This document shows positions 56,588 to 64,000 of a stretch of 64,000 bases of DNA, in pieces. Position numbers and translations under genes: made by a program. This DNA is from Candidatus Levybacteria bacterium GW2011_GWA1_37_16 (GTDB lineage Bacteria > Patescibacteriota > Microgenomatia > Levybacterales > UBA12049). The stretch spans positions 306-64,305 of the forward strand of contig CALRGR010000002.1 in NCBI GenBank assembly GCA_943357985.1, written 5' to 3'. Position 1 is the first letter of the stretch, and each line of letters opens with the position of its first letter. A model generated the notes under the pieces. The model was not told where the DNA came from. It searched no databases and worked only from the letters and a program-made list of their open reading frames with translations.

Positions 56588-56971
56588 ATGAACTCAATTA
56601 GCAGAACACCGGCAAGAGCTACTATTGTTGAATTTCTATCCAAATCCTATTCTCCCGTAGACGTTTCTCAGATTGTTAATTTCTTAAGGGCAAAAAATTT
56701 AAGTACAAATAAAGTAACCGTTTACAGAGTCATGGACTTTCTTTTAGAAAAAGGTTTTATAGATAAGGTTGAGTTTAGAGAAGGGAAGTTTAGATACGAA
56801 ATCAAAAGAGATGACCACCACCACTTTATTTGCCAAAACTGTGATGTAGTAGAGGACATTTCGGATTGTAATATTTCTGTGCTTGTTGAGGAAATCCAAA
56901 AAAAGAAAGGCATTCTAATTAAAAAACATTCTTTGGAGTTTTTTGGAATATGCAAGAATTGTCAACTTTAG
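56588..56971 (+). CDS. Fur-family regulator (probable Zur)
   Basis: TPARATI, TVYR, HHHFICQNC, GICKNC; upstream of a ZIP transporter. Confidence 0.88.
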   Translation: MNSISRTPARATIVEFLSKSYSPVDVSQIVNFLRAKNLSTNKVTVYRVMDFLLEKGFIDKVEFREGKFRYEIKRDDHHHFICQNCDVVEDISDCNISVLVEEIQKKKGILIKKHSLEFFGICKNCQL

Positions 56972-57705
56972 TTAACATATTACTGGCGACTTTTATGGGC
57001 AGCATAGCCGCTCTTATTGGCGGAATTATTCTTTTATCCAAGGAAAAGTTAGCCCTAAAAATTTCTCATTTTCTAGCTTCATTTGCAGCCGGAATACTGC
57101 TTGGTACCGCATTCTTTGATCTTCTTCCTGAGGCATTGCATGGGGGTGGGGAAGATGTGCTATTCTGGACGCTTTTTGGAATTATATTGTTCTTTCTAAT
57201 TGAAAGATTTATTCATTGGTTTCACCATCATGAACAGTTTGAAGGAGAAAGAGAATCAAAAACCACACTGCCGCTTATAGTAATTGGAGATACTGTGCAT
57301 AATTTTATTGACGGAGTTGTTATTGCTGCAACTTTTATGACAAGTCCGGCTCTTGGAATTGCAACTACGCTTGCCGTATTTGCTCATGAGATGCCGCAGG
57401 AAATAGGAGATTTTGGGTTAATGTTGCATAAGGGAATGGCAAGAAGAAAGATAATCATAGTTAACATAGCAAGCGCCGTAATATCATTTGCAGGCGCTAT
57501 CTTAACTTTTCTACTAGGGAATTTTCTTGAGCCTTATATACCAGTACTTCTGGCAATTACAGCAGGATTTTTTATCTATATTGCTTCTTCTGATTTAATT
57601 CCTGAGATTCATTATGAAAAGAGACACGGATTTGCCGCAGTCGAAAGTCTTCTTCTGGTCTTGGGAGTTGTTATTATGTGGATTGTTGCTTCAGCGATTA
57701 TTTAA
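56950..57705 (+). CDS. ZIP-family metal transporter
   Basis: SFAAGILL, DLLPEA, HNFIDG, HEMPQEIGDF, SDLIPE. Confidence 0.9.
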   Translation: MQELSTLVNILLATFMGSIAALIGGIILLSKEKLALKISHFLASFAAGILLGTAFFDLLPEALHGGGEDVLFWTLFGIILFFLIERFIHWFHHHEQFEGERESKTTLPLIVIGDTVHNFIDGVVIAATFMTSPALGIATTLAVFAHEMPQEIGDFGLMLHKGMARRKIIIVNIASAVISFAGAILTFLLGNFLEPYIPVLLAITAGFFIYIASSDLIPEIHYEKRHGFAAVESLLLVLGVVIMWIVASAII

Positions 57706-58489
57706 GAAGTTTATCGATGGCTGCTGTTATAGATTCTTTAGGTTGAGCTCCAACTATTGCCTCTCCTTTTCCATCCCGATCTATTATAAAGCTTGTTGGT
57801 GTGCCAGTTACTCCTGCTGCCGAGCCTTCCGCAAACTGATCCTGAACTTTTTTAGTGTACTTTCCAGTATCAAGACAGCTTTGGAAGGATTGCTGATTGA
57901 CTCCTACTTCTGCTGCCAAAGGTCCTAGTTTATCTAGAGCAAATCCTGTTCCGTTTGAAGTAGTTCTTTCAAATAACTTGTCAATAAAATTCCAAAAGGA
58001 ATCATTTCCGCCTAACTCCGCAACGCATTCTGAGGCTTCTGCTTCTTTTTGTGCATTTGCATGAAATGAGAGAGGATAGTGTCTGTATACAAGCTTTACC
58101 TTGTCTGGGTAAGTTTTTAATATGTCATTTACGTTTGGGTGGAAAGTTTTGCAGAAAGGACACTCTAGGTCCGAATATTCAATTATAGCCACTTTTGCAT
58201 CCTTATTTCCTCTTATATGGTCACTGTCGGAAATCGGTTTTACTTTATCTACAGCCAATGTGGGAGCAGCTCTTGGGGGAGCGGCTTGAGGAACGGCTTG
58301 TCCAACAGCTGTTCCAATTGTAGCGCCTTTTTTAAGATATTCAACTTGGCTTGAAAGTCTTCCCAGGAAAAAAGATGCAATAAGAAGAAGAACCATAAGA
58401 ACGGGAAGGTAGGAAGTGTTTTTCAAAGAGAGTTTTGGAACTCTGATACTATAACTTTCTGAACTTTTTGAGGAAGCTTTTGTTACCAT
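57698..58489 (-). CDS. DsbA-family thiol-disulfide oxidoreductase
   Basis: EYSDLECPFC, RHYPL, GVTGTP, GAQP. Confidence 0.9.
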   Translation of the reverse strand: MVTKASSKSSESYSIRVPKLSLKNTSYLPVLMVLLLIASFFLGRLSSQVEYLKKGATIGTAVGQAVPQAAPPRAAPTLAVDKVKPISDSDHIRGNKDAKVAIIEYSDLECPFCKTFHPNVNDILKTYPDKVKLVYRHYPLSFHANAQKEAEASECVAELGGNDSFWNFIDKLFERTTSNGTGFALDKLGPLAAEVGVNQQSFQSCLDTGKYTKKVQDQFAEGSAAGVTGTPTSFIIDRDGKGEAIVGAQPKESITAAIDKLLK

Positions 58490-58555
58490 AGGAATATCTT
58501 ATTCTAAAGATTTGGCAAAAGGATTGTCAAGCCCCAAACTGTCTGCACAATTGAG

Positions 58556-58720
58556 TCAAGAGGTAGGTTTCACTTTTCCATGTGTTGATTTCTGTGTTCT
58601 GCTAGTCTCATTTTGCTTTTTTGTCACAAAGCACTCTTTAAGAGACTTAAATGATATTACTTCATGAAAATTTATAGGCATTGGCCATGATTCTAAAAAT
58701 GCTCCCGATGTTTTATTCAT
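58556..58720 (-). CDS. 54-aa small ORF with strong Shine-Dalgarno
   Basis: GAAAGGAGGTGAATC-ATG; MNKTSGAFLESWPMPINFHEV...KPTS*. Confidence 0.55.
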   Translation of the reverse strand: MNKTSGAFLESWPMPINFHEVISFKSLKECFVTKKQNETSRTQKSTHGKVKPTS

Positions 58721-58757
58721 GATTCACCTCCTTTCATAAGATGATTTTAAGACGATA

Positions 58758-58809
58758 TGTAAATAGTTACAGTGATGTTTATTACTAAAAATTTGTGAGA
58801 TTTTTAACA
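58758..58809. promoter_or_regulatory. Putative Crp/Fnr-family binding sites
   Basis: TGTAA-ATAG-TTACA (58758) and TGTGA-N6-TAACA (58794) between the small ORF and the crp-like gene. Confidence 0.5.
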
Positions 58810-58847
58810 ATTATTGATTAATTGCTTTTATTGTTCTAGAATTAGGA

Positions 58848-59504
58848 TTGGTGGACAGAGAAGAATCCTCTAGGAAAATTATAGATTTCTTCGAGAATTT
58901 TCGCCTTTTACATTATAAAAAGGGTGAAATAATACTGCGTCCTTTTGAAACGCCTCAAGGAGTTTTTTATCTAAAAAGCGGTTATGTTAGGCTCTATTCA
59001 GTGTCAGAAGATGGTCAAGAACTTTCTCTGATAATCTTCAAGCCTGGAGATTTTTTTCCTGTGATTTGGCTTATAAATAACACACAAAATGAGTATTACG
59101 TAGATTCACTTACTTCTTCATCTTTGCTTCTTGTACCAAAAGATAAATTTCTGCAGTTTATACATAGAGATAAAGACATATTATTTGAGTTAACATCAAG
59201 GGCTCTTACCCGTCTTGGGGGACTTTTGGAAAGAATGAATTATCTGGTTTACGGTAATGCCGGCCAAAAGCTTGCTTCAATAATTTTAATTCTAGTAGAG
59301 CGTTTTGGAGAGAAAAAAGGAAAAGAGATAGAGATACCAATTTCAATGACGCATAAAGACATAGCAGCGCTCCTTGGCGTAGCCAGGGAAACCGTAAGCA
59401 TAGAACTTAAAAAATTGGAAAGAAAGGGCCTAATAGAAATCAAAAATAGACATCTAATTGTCAAAAAGAAAGAGTTACTTGAGAAAGAAGCTTTATTGTC
59501 TTAA
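58848..59504 (+). CDS. Crp/Fnr-family transcriptional regulator
   Basis: YKKGEII, YLKSGYVRLY, THKDIAALLGVARETVS HTH. Confidence 0.9.
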   Translation: MVDREESSRKIIDFFENFRLLHYKKGEIILRPFETPQGVFYLKSGYVRLYSVSEDGQELSLIIFKPGDFFPVIWLINNTQNEYYVDSLTSSSLLLVPKDKFLQFIHRDKDILFELTSRALTRLGGLLERMNYLVYGNAGQKLASIILILVERFGEKKGKEIEIPISMTHKDIAALLGVARETVSIELKKLERKGLIEIKNRHLIVKKKELLEKEALLS

Positions 59505-59510
59505 GTCTAA

Positions 59511-60161
59511 TTACTTAAGGAGAGCATCAATTTTGCTTTTTAGGTCATTGAAAGAGGCAAGTCCCGTTACTTTCTCCCCGTTTAAATAAAAGGTGGGGGT
59601 AGAATTAACTCCAAGACTAACTCCATCATTTATGTCTGCCTTAATTTTGTCTGAATATTTATTTCCTTCTACATCATTTTTGAATTTATCGGTGTCAAGC
59701 CCAATGCTTTTTGCATATTCGGTAAACATGTCAAGTGGGTTACTACTGCTACTCCATGCGCTTTGGTTTTCAAATAGCATATCGTGCATCTGCCAATATT
59801 TTCCTTGCGCGCCGGCTGCCTCTGCAGCCTCTGCTGCAATTTTAGAATTTTGGTGTATTGATAAAGGGAAGTTTCTGTATACAAATAAAACTTTATCTTT
59901 GTAATCATTTATTATCTGTTTTATTATTGGATAAGCTGCGCCGCAAGCTGGACATTGGTAGTCGCTAAATTCAACAAGTGTGACTTTTGCTGACGCGCTC
60001 CCCAGTTTATCACTGTCGCTTCTGAATAAAATTTTAGGATCTGCTTTTGTAGTAGAAGTTATTGGAGTAGACGTGTTACCGCTTAAAAGAACTACTGCTC
60101 CAACAAGGATTGCAATAGCTACTGCTCCAACTCCCAAAAGTATTTTTGCTTCTTGTTTCAT
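59511..60161 (-). CDS. DsbA/BdbD-family oxidoreductase
   Basis: EFSDYQCPAC, RNFPL, GVNSTPTF. Confidence 0.9.
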   Translation of the reverse strand: MKQEAKILLGVGAVAIAILVGAVVLLSGNTSTPITSTTKADPKILFRSDSDKLGSASAKVTLVEFSDYQCPACGAAYPIIKQIINDYKDKVLFVYRNFPLSIHQNSKIAAEAAEAAGAQGKYWQMHDMLFENQSAWSSSSNPLDMFTEYAKSIGLDTDKFKNDVEGNKYSDKIKADINDGVSLGVNSTPTFYLNGEKVTGLASFNDLKSKIDALLK

Positions 60162-60565
60162 TTTGTTTTTTTCTTAAGCACTAAAACCATGCAAAAAGTT
60201 ATTATAGCAAAAGAAATAAAAGAGAGAAGGGGAATTGTTACAAATCCAAAAAGTTCAAGCTGTTTTTGTGTGCAAGAAGCGCCAATCGTGCAGGGACTTA
60301 TTGTTTCCGGAATTAAACCGTAATATAAAAGGTTATGATAGGAAGCAACAATTAGCCCCCCGATACTTAAAGGAAGAGCGTAAAACGGCATGTTTTTATC
60401 TTTTCTTAAAATTCCAACTGCTATTACTACCACAAGCGGAAACATAAGTGCGCGCTGGTACCAGCATAATTCGCATGGAGGAAAATGTAGAAACCTACTC
60501 ATAAATAGACTTCCTAAAGTTGCAAGAAGTGCTTGTGTCCAGGCTACATAAGAAAATGTTTTCAC
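60158..60565 (-). CDS. DsbB/BdbC disulfide bond formation protein
   Basis: PCELCWYQR..MFP, YHNLL, C...SC, FVTIP; GTG start 60565 after TATACT. Confidence 0.88.
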   Translation of the reverse strand: MKTFSYVAWTQALLATLGSLFMSRFLHFPPCELCWYQRALMFPLVVVIAVGILRKDKNMPFYALPLSIGGLIVASYHNLLYYGLIPETISPCTIGASCTQKQLELFGFVTIPLLSFISFAIITFCMVLVLKKKTK

Positions 60566-60641
60566 AAATGATAGTATAGCAAAAATATCATTGACAGGAA
60601 CTCTTCTTGTTTGGTATTCTAAAACTCTCATAAATAAAAAT

Positions 60642-60962
60642 ATGTCGGATATTATATTTACAGATAACAATTTTGAACAAGAGGTGTTGAAATCCGATAC
60701 TCCTGTTCTTGTTGATTTTTGGGCCCCTTGGTGCGCTCCTTGCAGCATTGTTACCCCAATTGTTGAAGAGTTGGCAAAAGAATATGAAGGCAAAATAAAA
60801 ATATGCAAAGTTAATGTTGATGAAAATCCTAAGGCTGCTCAGAACTTTTCTGTCATGAGTATTCCAACTGTTATTCTATTCAAAGCAGGAAAACCGGGAA
60901 AGACAATAATTGGTGCACAAAGCAAAGATAACTACAAAAAGGCAATTGAAGAATTGCTCTAA
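60642..60962 (+). CDS. trxA: Thioredoxin
   Basis: VDFWAPWCAPC, KVNVDENP, MSIPT. Confidence 0.93.
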   Translation: MSDIIFTDNNFEQEVLKSDTPVLVDFWAPWCAPCSIVTPIVEELAKEYEGKIKICKVNVDENPKAAQNFSVMSIPTVILFKAGKPGKTIIGAQSKDNYKKAIEELL

Positions 60963-60968
60963 TACCAC

Positions 60969-61892
60969 ATGGACGAAAAACTATTTGACGTAATCATCAT
61001 TGGTTCCGGCCCCTCCGGCCTCACAGCAGCCATTTATACAACCCGTGCAAACCTAAAAACTCTAATTGTTGCTGGAGGAAGATGGGGTGGGCAGTTAATG
61101 CTTACAACTCTTGTTGAGAATTTTCCGGGCTTTCCAGAGGGAATTCAAGGACCCGATTTAATGCTTGCAATGCGAAAACAGGCGGAGAAGTTTGGTACTC
61201 AAATAGTTGAAGAAGACTTTGTAGAAGGGGATTTTTCTAAGTCACCACTTGTTGTAAAAACCGGATCCAACTCTTATGAGGGCAAGACTGTTATTATTGC
61301 AACTGGAGCTGACACTAAATGGCTTGACGCTCCCGGTGAAAAAGAAAAAATAGGCCGGGGAGTTTCAAGTTGTGCACCATGTGACGCTCCATTCTTCCGC
61401 AATCTTGACGTAATTGTTGTCGGCGGTGGAGATTCTGCCATGGAAGAAGCCACGGTTTTGACCAAATTTGCAAAGGCCGTAAATGTAGTCTATCGAGGTG
61501 AAACTCTCCGTGCCTCCCAAATAATGCAAGAAAGAGCCAAGAAAAACCCAAAAATTAAGTTCATTTTCAATAGCGAAGTCACAGAAATTTTAGGAGAAGA
61601 GAAGGTAGCGGGTGTAAAAATTAAAAATAATAAAACCAACGAGGAGTCGCAGATGCTAGTTCAGGGAGTTTTTGTAGCAATAGGGCACATACCAAACACG
61701 ACGGTTTTCAAAGGAATTGATTTAGATGAGCATGGATTTATAAAAGTTTATGATCATACAAAAACAAACCTTGACAGGGTTTATGTTGCAGGAGATGTGC
61801 ATGATAATACTTATAAACAGGCAGTAACAGCAGCAGGATTTGGAACTATGGCCGCACTAGACGTAGAAAAATTCCTCCGCGAGCAAGAATAG
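60969..61892 (+). CDS. trxB: Thioredoxin reductase
   Basis: IIGSGPSG, GGQL, GVSSCAPCD, GGGDSAMEE, AGDV. Confidence 0.93.
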   Translation: MDEKLFDVIIIGSGPSGLTAAIYTTRANLKTLIVAGGRWGGQLMLTTLVENFPGFPEGIQGPDLMLAMRKQAEKFGTQIVEEDFVEGDFSKSPLVVKTGSNSYEGKTVIIATGADTKWLDAPGEKEKIGRGVSSCAPCDAPFFRNLDVIVVGGGDSAMEEATVLTKFAKAVNVVYRGETLRASQIMQERAKKNPKIKFIFNSEVTEILGEEKVAGVKIKNNKTNEESQMLVQGVFVAIGHIPNTTVFKGIDLDEHGFIKVYDHTKTNLDRVYVAGDVHDNTYKQAVTAAGFGTMAALDVEKFLREQE

Positions 61893-61928
61893 CTTGACAA
61901 GATAGACTTAATAGTGCTTAATCAGCTT

Positions 61929-62702
61929 ATGGCAGACGGAACTCCAACCCCAGAATCAGGTTCTCAAGATCAGAAAGGATTTCTTCAAAAGCGTATAACC
62001 CGTAGGCAAGTATTAAGCGGAATTAAAGAAGTAGGAAAAGGCGTTGCTGCAGTAGCATTAGTAAGTGCAATTCCAAGCGTTGCTGTTGGAGGTTTGGCTG
62101 CCGCCGATGCCGTAAACAGACATAATGCAGAAGTGACATCGAGAAAATATGAAGAGATTAAGAATAGTAAGGAAGTGAGCCTAGTTGATAAAGAACTCGT
62201 TCCTCAAGATTCAGCCAAAAAAGACGTAAGAAGGATAGTAGTTGAAGACTTATTTCCGCGTTTAGGGCTGGGAGATATTCCTAATGTGCGCGGTGTTGAA
62301 TTTCCAATTGCTCACAAACTTCCTGATTTTATGCGCCAGCGTGGGACTGAAGCAGAGGCTACAAACAGAATAAACGCCAGACATAAGGCATCATTTACGA
62401 TTGGCGGATTAGATATATCCACACGAGCTGTCTATTATCCAGGTGGTAATACTATAGATGAAGTTAGAGTAAGCTTCACGGATGAATCCGGTGAAAAGAT
62501 TAATCTTAATTTTGGTAGAGACAATAGTGATTATGTAGGCCCTGGTTACTCTAAAAATGATGCCTATACAAAGCCTCTTAGAAAAGCAATGCCACATACT
62601 TTACTAAAAGCAATGAATGATGCAATAGTTAATAGATCTAAGATTGCCGTAAGGGAATCATACATGGTAGAAGTGCAGGCGCCTTCAGCCCCAAAAGTCT
62701 AA
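61929..62702 (+). CDS. Hypothetical exported protein with twin-arginine-like N-terminus
   Basis: ITRRQVL followed by a hydrophobic helix. Confidence 0.55.
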   Translation: MADGTPTPESGSQDQKGFLQKRITRRQVLSGIKEVGKGVAAVALVSAIPSVAVGGLAAADAVNRHNAEVTSRKYEEIKNSKEVSLVDKELVPQDSAKKDVRRIVVEDLFPRLGLGDIPNVRGVEFPIAHKLPDFMRQRGTEAEATNRINARHKASFTIGGLDISTRAVYYPGGNTIDEVRVSFTDESGEKINLNFGRDNSDYVGPGYSKNDAYTKPLRKAMPHTLLKAMNDAIVNRSKIAVRESYMVEVQAPSAPKV

Positions 62703-62724
62703 TTTCTTATCTACTTTGTACCCC

Positions 62725-62753
62725 TTGACAGCCTCCACGTTAAATTGTAAAAT
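62725..62753 (+). promoter_or_regulatory. Promoter of the tRNA-Ala/23S unit
   Basis: TTGACA-17-TAAAAT; boxA-like GCTCTTTAACAA at 63149-63160. Confidence 0.7.
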
Positions 62754-62901
62754 AGATTTTACCTTTTGGGAAATTTAGATATTTATGATTTTGATAAAAA
62801 ATTAACTTCAATACATTCGCCTAGGCGAATCCCTATTGGTCTCTTCGTGTCTTAGTTTCTCTATAAAGGTTTGAAAATTTAGTGTTGGACTTGAGTCTTA
62901 C

Positions 62902-62974
62902 GGGCCCGAAGTTTACCCGGTTGAACGCCTCGTTTGCAACGAGGAGGTAGGGAGTTCGACTCTCCTCGGGTCCA
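62902..62974 (+). tRNA. tRNA-Ala (UGC)
   Basis: GGGCCCG/CGGGTCC with G3.U70, CCTCG-TT TGC AA-CGAGG, GTTCGAC T loop. Confidence 0.9.
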
Positions 62975-63287
62975 CCCAGATAGGGAATAGGGATTAGCGT
63001 ATAGGGTATAGTTTCTTGACGCTTTGAGTTTAGAATTTACTAAACGCTAAACGCTAGCAACTAAAACCTAATTTTAGTCATTGCTTTTTGGTCTTCGTTA
63101 CGCAAGTTCTGCGTCAAGACCAGAAAATAGTGACTAAGTCTTAAATTAGCTCTTTAACAAGCGAAGAGAAGAAATGTAAGCCTACGTTCACTGGGGTGAA
63201 CGTAGCATAGTAAGTAATTACCTACTAAATTGTACGTCTGGATTAATAGGATTCAGGGAGCGATTTAATAGGGTAAAGCGTTTTTAC

Positions 63288-64000
<713 letters not shown>

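Overview
Chromosomal, mostly housekeeping segment of an AT-rich bacterium using the standard genetic code. Gene content and style point to Patescibacteria/CPR, probably Microgenomates (inference): DUF87/TraG-like ATPase, SpoIID and LytR_C proteins, split transketolase, archaeal-type PyrH, Cmk and DNA ligase, -10 boxes 5-7 nt before start codons, and an unlinked 23S rRNA. It holds cell-wall genes (two class A PBPs, murD), a pentose-phosphate/glycolysis cluster, nrdR-nrdJ-(cobalamin riboswitch)-pduO, DNA repair genes, a Zur/ZIP and thiol-redox cluster, four tRNAs and the 5' part of 23S rRNA. The most notable signals are: (1) a family of short palindromic repeats (CCTTCG..GCTCAGG) inserted in one common reading frame into at least six conserved enzymes, one copy of which sits at the junction of a collapsed mutM gene; (2) two further in-gene repeat classes (GC-rich hairpins and 7-bp arrays); (3) a CAU tRNA with the C1:A72 initiator mismatch split by a 198-nt group I intron, next to a repeat-flanked GIY-YIG nuclease; (4) a tRNA-Ile with a UAU anticodon; (5) several isolated in-frame stop codons. 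All protein calls come from motif recognition, with no database searches.
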